From contig CM068764.1 of the NCBI GenBank assembly GCA_035084275.1, positions 4,898,001 through 4,962,000 on the forward strand: DNA of 64,000 nucleotides. Reading direction: 5' to 3'. A program made the translations under genes and the position numbers. The stretch comes from Hydrolagus colliei (lineage: Eukaryota). The notes beneath the pieces were generated by a model. It ran no database searches, had not been told where the DNA came from, and worked only from the letters and a program-made list of their open reading frames with translations. Position 1 is the first letter of the stretch. The number at the start of each line of letters is the position of its first letter. Below, one piece after another: positions 36,246 through 48,166 of this stretch.

Positions 36246-39200
36246 CTGTTGAAAAGAGAAAGAAAAAGAGAGCATTGTGTTGAGTTTCTGTTAAGAGAGA
36301 AATCGCATCGGAACGTCTCTCCGCCCTCTGCACTTAATTAACGTTGAGTGGATAAAGTGATCATTTTGTGGGACAGCTTAAATAAATAACACAATAATCC
36401 TAGCGATAAAAATCCTAAAAGTATTCACGATGATATCGGAAAGCCCTTCACAGGATATACTGCGCAGGATATTAACTGCGGATTTATATGCAAACACACC
36501 AGCTAATTTGCACACAGCAATGTCCCACAACACAGCCATGAAGTCAATGTCCTATTTTATCAGTGGGATTGGGGGGGGGGGTGGGGGGTGTGGGGGGAGT
36601 TCTTAGCCCATTTCTTTTCCGACAGAGCCCACAGGATCTTTAATTTTCACTTAAACAGGCGCAGAATTGGACCTCGGTTGTATCATCTCAACCATAATAC
36701 ACAGCACCTCCGACAATGTGGCGCTCACACAGCCAAGACTACATTTCACCACTAGAATGATTGGGGGAAGACACTGTGAGGGGACCTTTGGGATTTCACC
36801 AATGAATTTCACCCTCTGCGTTAGCGTTAGCTCTTACTAACCAACATAGGTTTCACGAATCGAGTAAGAAAACCAAAAAGGCGTTGGCTTTTACCTTGTT
36901 CCTTTCCCTGCCTGTGAAGGAAAAAGATAAAGAGAATGGTCAAAAAGTTCACATCGGCACGATTGCATCCTGCCGGCAAGGAGAGGGTCATGGGAATCGC
37001 ACTCTTCCTTTCACTGGTACATCTTTTCATTCACGGTGCGGTGGACTTAGCCAGCCGTAATCCTTAGCGATAAACACTCTCTCAAAGTCATGTGCCGCAA
37101 CGTCATTGGAGTTTTGTGACGAGGATTTTCACGGTGGGAGTTTTACATCGAAATAAAATGTTGGTTGAGTCTGCGTTCGTACATTTTTGCGGAAATTGCC
37201 CATTTCCTCCAGTTCTTGGTGTGTAACAAAGCACGCCTTGGAGTAAATGATGGAAAAATGCTGTGAATGTTGTCGAGCCTTCGAAAGAGGCCCATAAAAT
37301 GGCGAGTCCGGTTTGAGGCTAATTATCAACTTAAACCAACAGAAATGTATAGCTCAGAACGATTATTTGCTCCAGCCTTGATTCACGGTAAGATCTATCT
37401 GTTCAGTCCAATTCTCATGCCTCTCCCACAGCCTTTCATACTTCTCTTGTGTTGACGCTTATCTACTCCCCTCTTTAAAGCTACCAGTGATTCTCCGTGA
37501 CCACAGTTTTAGGAAGAGTATTCCGCAACCTAACTGTCCTTTGTGTTTAAAAACAAACTGTTCTTCTGAAATCTCCCTTTCCTCTTTTTGGCAAATCGCT
37601 TAAATCTCTGGCTTCTGACCCACCTACCAGTGGAGATAATTTCTCCCGGTTCATTCCATCAGAACCCAATCTGGCTCCAATCTTTTCTATGTGCAGATAC
37701 TCACCTTTGCTCAAGAAGCAAATCAGAACGATGAAGACAGTAACGAGGACAACAATGAGGGCGATGATGCTGAACCAAATGAGGAAAGCTGCTATGCCCG
37801 GAGGTCGAGCTGTAACATTTTGAGGCAAATTTTCAAACAACAGCAAACAAAGACAAATATTTTCCAAATGCAAAATGGGGTAATTTTTCACAACTACATG
37901 CTTTTAAAATGAGAGGTACGCCACAAGAATATATCAACAATAATCCTTGCTTTTCACGCGTCACAGTGCGTGACAGAATTCACTCTAAAGTGCGCTCGCT
38001 CCATGGTCGCAAAGTGAAGTGTTTGAGATTTGAGTTTCGAACAACCTACAAAAATTACATTAACCCTCCCTCCCCCCGCCTCCCTCCCACCACTTCCCTC
38101 CGCTTCCTGATCTGGGAGCTGTTTATTATATCATTCTAATTACTCGCAAACAACCCGAGCCCCCATGACCCCACTCCCAGCTCACCCCACCCCACCGAAC
38201 CCACCCACCCCACCCCACCCCGCCTGTGCTGTGCGCTTACGCTTCACGATGACGGGGACCGATCGTTTGATGGTTTTCTTGAGGCTGAGGTGGTCGACGC
38301 GACACGTGTACAGGGCTCCGTTGTCCTTGAGCGACGCCCGGAACCTCAGGAAGCTGGTCAGGTTGAAGGTGCCGTCCGCGTTCCTCCGGTGGGGCGAGAA
38401 GACCATGTTCTCTAGGTAATCGGGCAGCATGTGTTGCCCCTCCCAATGCCGCAGCCACCTGACCGACACATCCAGAGGGTAGTAACGTGCCATCTCGCAC
38501 GTCAGCTTCCGCTCCTCGCCGTCCGTCAGCTGGAGAGGCTCAGTGTTCATCTGCACGATGGGCGATTCTGCCAGGGAAACCGTTGAGAACCGTTTCATTT
38601 TGTTTTCGAAGGTTTTATTGAGGAACAAGCGCAAGAAAACCACACCATCGATTGGGTCCCTTGCTACGTGTTTTCGCCTTGGCCACTAATACTGCGTGTC
38701 TTCAAACTCCTCATACCCCATTACTCTGCTCGCCTCCCCTTTCCCTCCGGCTACGCCATCTGAACCCCCTTCACTTTATCGTTCTGTCTCGCCTCTCCCT
38801 TTCTGTATGAAAAGTGCACCTATAATAATAATAATTCTTTGAATTTGATATAGTGCCTTCCTTATAAATATGTAAATATATATACATCAATCATTCTCCC
38901 TCTTTGTTCACACGCACTGTCACCTCTCTTCTCCCCCTTAACCTCCTCGCCAGGCATCCAAAAAACGTTTAGCCGACAAAAAAATCACAGAAATCACAAA
39001 ATATCACAGATTAGCGCTCGGTCAAAGCAAACTGCACCTCCTCCAATTGTCCAAGTCTTCTAGATGCGTCAAAGTGCGTCACAGTAAAGTGAATTGACTG
39101 TATATTTGTGAGCAAAACACAGCAGTCAATTGTGCACAGCAGCGTCCCACAAACAATCGTGGATTGAAGTGACCAAATTATAATTGTTTGTTTTAGTGGT

Positions 39201-42200
39201 TTCATAGGTTGTTGAATTGGAATGCACACTCTCTTCTTGTAGGGACGCATCTTGCTTACCTAATGCTAGAGGGCTTGCTTCTCGTCCCCCAACCTTGCCT
39301 GCCCCACGAATGAAGCGTGGGCCTTTCATCCCACAGTCCCTACACCTCACTCCCTCCCTTGCCTCCCTTAAGGTCTGTATCAAGACGCTCCTCTTCGACC
39401 GTGCCTTTGGTCACCTTCCTACCCCAACCCTCAAAGCTCTCCGCCCCTCCTGATCCTAACCACCAACTCGGGTGCAGAACCCTGACTGCCCAATGCCTCG
39501 GGACATCCTCCTGACGTGAAAAGCGCTACGCTAAACTCGAGCTATTGACGTTGTAGGTGAGCAAGAGCCGAGTCTTAAGTTCCCAGGTGACCTTACCCAC
39601 AATCTCCAAGAGGACAGTGTTCGTGCCAAAGAGCGGGGGGACGTAGACCGAGCAGATGTAGGTGCCCTCGTCTTTGATGGCCACGTTCTGGATGCGGATG
39701 GAAGCGTTCCCGTTCTTGATCTGCTCCTCGAAGGCTGTGACCCCCGGCTCCAGGTGCTCGACCTGGCGGTGTCGCCCATTGTAGGAGAACAGCTTGGTCC
39801 TCACTCTCTTGTGCTGGTGCCGCCATTCGATGTTGACATCGGCGCTGTGGTCGATCTTGTAGCCGCAGTCCAGCATCACGTCTTGCTTAAGGTTGGCTCG
39901 GATCAACGGGGTGCTTGTGCGGACAATGTAGACCACTGGGGGGGGGGGGGGCAAAAAAGACCAATGGACAGCGTCCAAAGTCATTGGGATTGGAAACTTT
40001 CTCTCTGCTTCATCGTGCAGCCCGGATATAATAATATTGTAATGATAATAATAATACTACTACTCACTGCATTCAATACAGCGCCTTATCATGCAAGTAA
40101 AAGATATAATAATAATAATAATCCTTGCATTTGATATAGCGCTTTTCACATTTTATCAACATCCCAAAGCGCTTCACAGAATATACTGTAAAGTGAATTG
40201 ACTGTATTTATTTGTGGGCGAATCGTGGCAGCCAATTGCGCACAGCAGTGTCCCACAAAACAGTCGTGGGCTGAAATGGCCAATTTTATTATTGTGGGTT
40301 TTTTTTGGAGGAATTATTATTAGGCGTGTGGAGTAAGGAAACTTGCCCAAGGTTTCGCCCTGACCTGCCTGGATTCGAACACAGGTCTCCCCAGCTTGGG
40401 TCTCCTCAGCTTGCAAGACAAGTGCTCTAACCACTGAGCCACAGGAGCTCCATATACAAAGTATTTCCTTATACTCATCGTCATGCATTGGCATCTCGTA
40501 GAGTCATAGTTGGAATACTCGCCTCGCGAGCGAGAGGACCTGGGTTCGATTCCCCCACCAGTGGGGAAACCTTATGCAAGTTTCCTTACTCCAAAAGTCT
40601 GTTTACTCAGCAGTAAGTGGGAACCAGGTTGTTAGTGGATTGGCGGATGGCTTTTACCAGGGGTAATAGTTTGCATTGAATTTTTTTTTTTAAATAGTAA
40701 TGATTTGGTCTCTCAATCCACGGCTGTTTGTGTGATACTGATGTGCTCCTGAGGTTCAACCACAAAATACCCAGTGAACCCACTTAGCAGTATTTTCTGT
40801 GAAGGGCTTGTGAAATGTTTCAATGGCGTTATGAGGCACTATATCAAACACATGGATTATTATTATCATGTCAAGCCCCCAAATACACCCACACCCACAC
40901 GCAAGTCACACATCCCTTTGGTGGGCTCCTTAGCTGCTTGCGAACATTACCTTTAACCAGCAGAATGTCCATGTCACCAATTGGCGAATCCTCATTTTCC
41001 TCTTTCGTTCCATGCTCAGCTGCCTCCTGGCTCTCTGACTCTGGCACCTTCCTCAAGAAGCTGCTGGTGATGAACTTGTCATCGGTGTGTTTGATGGTCA
41101 CCACGAACCAGCGGTTGAATAAATTCTCATCGAGCTCCTTACCCTGTTCAGGCCAAGGCACGTGAATGCCGTGAGTAGAATAGCGTTTGACTTCACACTC
41201 CAACTGCCTGCTTTCTCCTCCCACGTACTGGAACATGTCCAGCGAGGGCTCTGCAAAAACACAAGGCAAAAATCCACCTGCTTGTTGGATCGACAGAAGA
41301 CAACGCGGATTTGCAAGGCACGGAGAGCAAGGAGAAAATATCTGCAACCACAAGCAGCCAAAGATTGTTGTACCCGGAAAGCAGTTCACTTTACAGGGGG
41401 TAATAATGCCTCCCCAAAAATTGGTTACTCAACCCGCAACTGTTTGTGGGACGATGCTGGGCGCAATTGGCTACTGTATTTCGCCCACAAAATACAGTCA
41501 ACCCACTTTACAAGATATCGTGTGAAGCAAGCGCTTTGAGACTTCTCAATGACGTGATAAAGCGCTATATCAACTGATTATTATTAATATTGGCATAGCT
41601 TGGAGCTTTAATAACTCTCAAATTCAATATAAGCATCTCTTCATGTCATCAAAGTATCTCAAAACCCTTACTATTAAATGTAGTGATTGTATTTGAGGAG
41701 AAACACTACATAGGGTTAAATACAGTGCACCAGAGGTCCTCGGGACATATTGTTAGAACGCGTTAGCGAAGCGTGAATTTAATCCCTACGCCGTACGTAC
41801 CTTTAACATTGAAGGTGATGGCATTTTCTTGCTGTGAGTCCTCTGCCCCCATATCGCCAAAGACCAGGATGGCCTTCCTCCGGATGATTTCTGGGGCAAA
41901 CATGGTTCCGACTTGGGGACCATCTTCCATAAAGGTGCAGTCCAACTTCCTCTGCTGTCCATGCTGAGCATGTGCAGAACCTAAACATGGAGGAGATGAG
42001 GAGTCTTGAACAAGGCCTGAGTCAGACCACATTGTCTGGCTCGCTCAGCATATTGAACACCAAACATCCAGTGTATTAATAATAAGAATCCTTGCATTTA
42101 ATATAATAATAATCATTGCATTTTGATATAGCGTTGTTCAAGTCTTCCAGACGTCTCAAAGCGTTTCACAGAATATATTGTAAAGCAAATTGCCTGTATA

Positions 42201-45200
42201 TTTATGGATGAAACGCGGCAGCCAATTGCGCACAGACATAGCGACTTATCACGTCGTTGGGGAGTCTCAAAGCGCCTCACAGTATATTCGGTGAAGCTCT
42301 TTGAGACGTTTTGAAGACATGATGAGGGGCTACAACAAATGCAAGGATTGTTATTATATGATACAGTGGATTGACTGTATTTCTGTGAGTGAACGCAATA
42401 TTGCAGCTTTCAATGCTATTTTTTGGAGAATGATCGAGGGTCTTGCCTGCCCTGCCTGCCTCTGTGGCACAAATCAAAAAGCAGATGTAAGTTTTTCCCA
42501 GTGTCCTGGCCATCAATCCCCCAAATCATATTGGTCATTCACTTCAGGGCTGTTTGTGTGTGCGTCAATCCTGCGCGCAAAATTGGCTGCCCACATGAGC
42601 GGCTGTTTTTCAGACTGGAGGGAAGTGAGCAGTGGTGTGCCACAGGGATCAGTTTGGGGACCATTGCTGTTTGTAATCTACATCAATGATCCGGACTTGG
42701 GTGTACGGAGTACAGTTTCCAAGTGTGCAGATAACACTAAGTTAGGGAGAATAGTAAATAGTGAGGAGGATAGTAGCCATCTGCAAGAGGATATAGACAA
42801 ATTGGTAAAGTGGGCAGACACATGGCAGATGAAGTTTAATGCAGAGAAGTGTGAGGTGATGCATTTTGGGAGAAGAAATGAAGGGAGGCAATATAGGCTA
42901 GATAGTACAATTTTAAATGGTGTGAAGGAACAGAGAGACCTGGGGATTTGTGTTAGTGACTCGTTGAAGGTGGCAGGACAGGTAGACAAGGCTGTTAAGA
43001 AGGCATATGGGATACTAGGCTTTATAAATAGGGGTATAGAGTACAAAAGTCAGGAAGTGCTGACTAACCTCTATAAGGCTCAGCTGGAATACTGTGTTCA
43101 ATTCTGGTCACCACACTACAGAAAGGATGTGAAGACATTGGAAAGGGTACAAAGAAGATTTACTAGGATGGTGCCAGGATTGAGGGACTTCAGCTATGAG
43201 GAGAGGCTAGATAGGCTAGGGTTATTCTCTCTGGAGCAGAGAAGATTGAGGGGAGACCTAATAAAGGTTTATAAGATCATGAGGGGTTTCGACAGGGCAA
43301 ATAGAGAAAAACTATTTCCACTCGTGGTCACAGATTTAAAATAGTTTCAAGGCGAAGTAGAGGGGAGCTGAGGAGAAATTTTTTCACTCAGCGAGTTGTT
43401 CGAATCTGGAATGCATTGCCTGAAAAGGTGGTGGAGGCTGATTCGATAACAACTTTTAAAAGGGAATTAGATCTTTATTTAGGGAGAACAGGTCTATTAG
43501 GCTATGGGGAGCGGGCAGGGCAGTGGGATTAAATCGCTCTTTTCAAAGAGCCGGTACAGGCTACATGGGCCGAATGGCCTCCTTTTGTGCCGTAAAATTA
43601 TATGAATCTATGAATCTAGTAGAGGAAACACACAAAGCCTTTTGAGAACTAAGTTAATGTGCACGTTAAAGCTGACAAAGAATAAAGTGCGTTCTTACTA
43701 AAAAATAGATAATAATCCCTCAAGAAAAAAAAAATTTGGTAACTCAATCCACGACTGTTTGTGGGAGACTGCCATGCGCAATTGGCTGCCGCGTTTCGCC
43801 CACAAAAGATACAATCAATTCACTTTACAGTGTATTCTGTGAAACGCTTTGAGACGTCTAGAAGACTTTAAAAGTGCTACATCAACTGCAAGGATTATTA
43901 GTATTATTACTTATCAATAGCCAATGATTATACTTTACAGTAAAAGCTCTTTAAGTTGTTTTGACAACCCGACAGTTGCTAATATCAACAACAAGGATTT
44001 ATATTGCGCCCTCCAGCCCGGACGGGTCTCAGAGCGCTTCCCAGTAACGGATCCCGGGGCCGAGCCAGTGGGAGGGGAATGGTGACCGAAAGCGCGGTCG
44101 AAAAGAAAGGTCTTCAGTCGAGACCTGAAAGTAGAAAGTGAGAGGAAAGGGACGAAGCGAGGCGAAGGGAGTGAGGAAAGGAGTTCCAGAGCCTCCGGGG
44201 GGGGGGGTAATGGCTGAAGGCACGGCCGCCGATGGTAGAGTGGAGGATTCAAGGGATCGAGGGAGACCAGACCCAATGAAAGTTGATATCAAATTCATTA
44301 TCATATATACAGTATATAAATATATAGTGTAATTTTTGTTGTTGATATTGTTTAATAAGGTGTATTATTGTCTGACAACTGGCGTCCTGGGTAAAAATAT
44401 ATATTTTTTGTTCAAATCTGAATTAAAATTAATCTTTACTTGTGTTCTTGGGTTACAATAATAATCATAATAATAATAACCCTTGCATTTGATACAACAG
44501 CAACCACAAAAAAAATTACATTCAATATTTAATAATTTAACTGTACATTTGTGGGCGAAAACGCGACAGCCAAATTGCGCACAGCAGCGTCCCCCACAAA
44601 CAGTCGTGAAAATAGGGCCAGAAAGGGGGAAAAGAGGAAAGGGGGGAGAGGAAGACAAAGGTGGGAGGGGTGCAAGGGAGACAGGGAGGCAAGAGAGAGA
44701 GGGGTGCAAGGGAGAGGAGGGGGGCAAGGGAGAGAGGGGTGCAAGGGAAAAAGGGATGCAAGGGAGAGAGGGGTGCAAGGGAGAGAGGGGGCAAGGGAGA
44801 GAGGGGGGAAGGGAGAGAGGGGGGCAAGGGAGAGAGGGGTGCAAGGGAGAGAGGGGTGCAAGGGAGAGAGGGGGCAAGGGAGAGAGGGGGGCAAGGGAGA
44901 GAGGGGGGAGAGGGGGGCAAGGGAGAGAGGGGGGGCAAGGAAGAGAGGGGGACAAGGGAGCGAGGGGGACAAGGGAGAGAGGGGGCAAGGGAGAGAGGGG
45001 GGCAAGGGAAAGAGGGGGGGAAGGGAGAGAGGGGGGCAAGGGGGAGAGGGGGGCAAGGGAGAGAGGGGGCAAGGGAGAGAGGGGGGAAGGGGGGGTGGAA
45101 ACAGTTCCTCTTGTGGACGGGGGCTGCTTTGGGAATCCAGAGTCGCCCCTGGTGTCAGCTCTGAGCCAAACACAGGCAGAAAACACAGAGTCCAAGCCAC

Positions 45201-45300
45201 ACACACACACACACACAACGTGAACGAATTACACGCCTGTGATGGCCTTACCTGGGGGGCAGAGGAGCCAAAGCTGCGAGAGCCAGATGGCAACAATCAT
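36231..45300 (-). CDS. TAPBPL: Tapasin-family protein (tapasin-related/tapasin-like), 443 aa type I membrane protein
   Basis: Exons on the minus strand: 45252-45300 (signal peptide [16 protein letters not shown]), 41801-41980, 40951-41250, 39597-39935 (IgV: LDCGY...IEWR...DEGTYICSV), 38241-38567 (IgC1: [17 protein letters not shown]...TYTC-like LYTCRVDH), 37705-37809 (TM), 36895-36911, 36231-36245 (KKPY*). All GT-AG and phase-consistent, 1332 nt. Domain order and YYPLDV/DEGTYIC motifs are typical of tapasin/TAPBPR. Orthology within the family is uncertain. Confidence 0.88.
36895..36911 (-). CDS. TAPBPL: Tapasin-like exon 7 (17-nt cytoplasmic microexon GRERNK)
   Basis: Strong tract tctctttatctttttccttcacag|, donor AAG|gtaaaa; converts phase 1 to phase 0. 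Confidence 0.75.
37705..37809 (-). CDS. TAPBPL: Tapasin-like exon 6 (transmembrane)
   Basis: gttacag|...[34 protein letters not shown]|gtgagt. Confidence 0.9.
38241..38567 (-). CDS. TAPBPL: Tapasin-like exon 5 (IgC1)
   Basis: ccctggcag|...ESPIVQ...VPVIVK C|gtaagc. Confidence 0.94.
39235..39530 (+). mobile_element. L2 LINE 3' fragment
   Basis: ...[12 protein letters not shown]... followed by gacgtgaaaagcgcta tail. Confidence 0.65.
39597..39935 (-). CDS. TAPBPL: Tapasin-like exon 4 (IgV)
   Basis: poly-C ccag|...VVYIVRT...LLEIV G|gtaagg. Confidence 0.94.
40095..40452 (-). mobile_element. Full-length tRNA-derived SINE (same family)
   Basis: A box tggctcagtggtt and B box gttcgaatcc on minus; L2 tail. 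Confidence 0.85.
40500..40865 (+). mobile_element. tRNA-derived SINE, inverted relative to 40095-40452
   Basis: B box GGTTCGATTCC at 40543-40553; gcaagtttccttactcc body; L2 tail. Confidence 0.8.
40951..41250 (-). CDS. TAPBPL: Tapasin-like exon 3 (N-domain part 2)
   Basis: ttttgcag|...EPSLDM...[18 protein letters not shown]...DILLVK G|gtaatg. Confidence 0.92.
41801..41980 (-). CDS. TAPBPL: Tapasin-like exon 2 (N-domain part 1)
   Basis: tgtttag|GT TCT GCA...[11 protein letters not shown]...ITFNVK G|gtacgt. Confidence 0.9.
42598..43618 (+). mobile_element. 5'-truncated CR1 LINE (defective RT C-terminus and 3'UTR)
   Basis: [20 protein letters not shown]...CADNTKLG (RT FADD-type motif decayed), [20 protein letters not shown]; ends in the CR1-type tandem tail TATGAATCTATGAATC. 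Confidence 0.92.
43980..44285 (-). mobile_element. L2 LINE 3' fragment (same subfamily as 9368 and 46415)
   Basis: [16 protein letters not shown]; tail gaagcgctctgagacc. Confidence 0.8.
44625..45095 (+). repeat. G-rich minisatellite (~19-20-bp unit GCAAGGGAGAGAGGGG(G/T)) in tapasin-like intron 1
   Basis: About 22 visible copies. Confidence 0.9.
45252..45300 (-). CDS. TAPBPL: Tapasin-like exon 1 (signal peptide)
   Basis: aacATG ATT GTT GCC...CCA G|gtaagg; hydrophobic leader; phase 1 fits exon 2. Confidence 0.85.
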
Positions 45301-45394
45301 GTTAGCCCAGCTCGCCCAGTGTGGCCGGGGATCGATCGCCCACCCAACCCCAACACCCAACTTGGGACTGGCTGACTGACCCCCCGGGGCGACT

Positions 45395-45445
45395 CTTTCG
45401 GTTTCAACAACACAACGCGGAAGAAAAAGAAAAGAAAACGAAACT
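45395..45445 (-). promoter_or_regulatory. Two ISRE/IRF-E elements upstream of the tapasin-like ATG
   Basis: GAAACCGAAAG on minus (plus 45395-45405) and GAAAACGAAACT on plus (45434-45445); both fit GAAANNGAAA; 95-145 nt upstream of the ATG. Confidence 0.7.
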
Positions 45446-45457
45446 GACCGTGTGAGC

Positions 45458-45601
45458 NNNNNNNNNNNNNNNNNNNNNNNNNNNNNNNNNNNNNNNNNNN
45501 NNNNNNNNNNNNNNNNNNNNNNNNNNNNNNNNNNNNNNNNNNNNNNNNNNNNNNNNNNNNNNNNNNNNNNNNNNNNNNNNNNNNNNNNNNNNNNNNNNNN
45601 N
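45458..45601. other. Assembly gap (144 N)
   Basis: Run of n in the sequence. Confidence 1.
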
Positions 45602-46414
45602 CAGACATACACTCAGCATACATAACGTTTGAGCAGAGAAATATTGAGTACTGTACACATAACGTTAAATTGTCCCACTCAATACACACCCACTCACACC
45701 CACTCACACTCACACCCATTCACACTCACACGGGAGGGTGGGGGGAGGAGAGGAGAGGGTTATCATAATATTAATCAGTGTCACAGTTTCATTTCTGACC
45801 CTCAAAAGCTATTTATATCACTGACTGGGTCGTTCCCTGTGGATACAGCTGGGACTGAGTCAAGGAGGTTAGTTACTCGATTAAACAAGTAAATATTACT
45901 GTACCAGTACTAATAATAATAATAGTAATACTTGCATTTGATGCTGCCAGGGTTAACTTTAATGTTGAGACATTAACTTGTGAGACATCGAAAGAAGGCT
46001 TTACATATATATAAATACAAGGGTTACTGGCTATGTAGCGCAGCAGGGAAATCAAGGGTTGGCATTTTGGAAGGATTGAGATCAACCGAACTGAAGAGCG
46101 TTAATAATAAGTAATAATAATACTTGCGTTTGACATAGCGCCTTATCATGTTTTCAAGGCGCCTCAAAACGCTTCGCAAAATATGCTGTAGTGAATTGAG
46201 TATATTTTGTGGGCGAAACTCGGAAGCCAATTGCACACAGCAGTCTCCCGCAAAGTCACTTTGGTGTATTTTGTGAAGCGCTTTGAGATGTCTCGAAGAC
46301 GTGATAAGGCACTACATCGAATGCAAGGATTGTTATTATGATCAATGTTGGATGAATCTGCCTTCAGGAAGATTGAACGACTGATAAGCTAAACGAGCTC
46401 TCTTAGCCCAAATA

Positions 46415-46895
46415 AAATTACAACAACTTCGATTTTTATACCGCCCTCTATGCCAGACGGCGTCTCAGAGCGCTTCACAGTAGCGGATCCCGGGACCGAG
46501 CCAGGGGCAGGGGCAGGAAGGTGACCAAAAGCGCGGTCGAAGAGAAAGGTCTTCAGCTGTACCTGAAACTGGGAAGAGAGGGGGCGAGGGAGTGAGGAAG
46601 AGAGTTCCAGAGCCTTGGGGCGTAGTGGCTGAAGGCACGGCCGCCGAGGGTGGAGCGGAGGATTCGGGGGACATGGAGGAGGCCAGACCCAGAGGAACGA
46701 AGGCAGCGGGTGCTGGGTTGTGGGGAGAGGAGATCAGTGAGATAGGGGGGTGCAGAGGAGTGGAGGGATTTGAAAACAAGGGTGAGGAATCTTGAAGTTG
46801 ATCCTCTCTGGGATAGGGAGCCAGTGAAGTCTGGCAAGGACTGGGGTAATGGGGGAGCGAAGCTTGGAGCGGGTGAGTATGCGGGCGGCAGAGTT
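46415..46895 (-). mobile_element. L2 LINE 3' fragment
   Basis: FKSLHSSAPPYLTDLL...[17 protein letters not shown]. Confidence 0.85.
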
Positions 46896-47277
46896 TCGGA
46901 TTAGATATTAGATATTTTCCCTCACGTAAACAAAGTTAGCAATAGAAAATGTTGTGCTCTGGTGGAAACGTAATATTTTCTTCCCCAATTCTTAAAGAGA
47001 GGGTTTATAAGAAGGTACAATTATTTTGCAAGTGTACAGTGAGGGTAGTGCAGACTATTCATTCTGTCTGCAAGATTATAAAACTGCAGAACTTTGCAAT
47101 TAGATTTCAAAGTGTCGTTATTGAGAAATCACTTTAAAAAAATTTAGGTATTTGTTTGCAACCTCCGTTGAAAGAACTTGGTATGTGTGTTTTTAAAGTA
47201 TTTTGTGAATGGAAGTCTGCGCTTCAAACATAAAAATGAGCACTCACTTTATACCTAAAGCACAAGAGATTACAAGT

Positions 47278-47287
47278 TTTATTTATT
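47278..47287 (-). terminator. Candidate EXO5 polyadenylation signal (overlapping AATAAATAAA)
   Basis: Plus-strand tttatttatt, ~0.9 kb downstream of the EXO5 stop. Confidence 0.55.
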
Positions 47288-48166
47288 AAAAATATAAAAT
47301 ACATCGACATTTACCTTTGAAACAATAAAATAATGTAAACATAATACATCAGACAGCAAGGTACAGAGTGTTTAAAATGTAGTGTAGTTCCAGTGAATCT
47401 AAACCCAGGTGGAGTTTATGGACGCTCTGAAATGCTACATAAATAAGCAAATCTAGACCAGGATGGATTCTCTCTCCAGCTTCTTCCACTTGATTGTTTA
47501 GTCCAGGTGACCAGCTTTCAGGCCTACCCTAAAGGCATAGATCAGTTGACCCATAACCCAAATGTCCCTTTCCCCGTTAGTCAGCTGGGATTGAAAAATT
47601 AGCAGAACGCAGGAAATTGTATTCTGGTTCTTCGGTGCATTGAATTAAGCGCTGGTGCCCAATGTGAATGTGAATACATAGCACTACTGCTTTCACTGGC
47701 AGGACCTTTTAAACATTCTTCTAAAACACGTTAGTACCACACATTCAAATGAAAGTCAATGTAGATTTTTGAAATATGTCCAATTAAAATATACAAAGAT
47801 TGCCCCAGTAGCTCAGTAATTCCATTCAATCCAATACTCCCATGTTGAGAAGTCCATCAATTGTCCAGTATGGGATATAAAACTAAGTTTGCTTAAGTTT
47901 TACAGTCTGTAAAAGCCTGTGAAGTGGTTTGAGATGTCTTAATGACTTATAAGGTGCTGTAGCAAATACAAATATTATTATTATTATTGCGTTGTGAAGT
48001 AGTGATCAAACTTGTAGTTTATCAGATTGCCTGCAATGATAAATAAGTGTTTATGTGATTAAAAAAAAAGCTTCTCTCAATTTAAAACTGCTCTTCTGGG
48101 ACTTTCCAATGGCTTTAGTCAAGATTAGACTCTCTTGCAAGGAGACGCTATTGGAGGAACACATGT

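Noticed and set aside
40380-40560. tRNA-like sequences with A/B boxes
   Set aside because: They are SINE heads continuing into SINE body and tail; no complete cloverleaf or oligo-T terminator.
42301-43344. 347-aa ORF with reverse transcriptase similarity
   Set aside because: Chimeric reading frame: SINE remnants fused by chance to a 5'-truncated CR1 whose catalytic motif is decayed (CADN). Not a functional gene.
44365-45375. Multiple 130-280 aa low-complexity ORFs
   Set aside because: Translations of the intronic G-rich tandem repeat; only 45252-45300 is a real exon.
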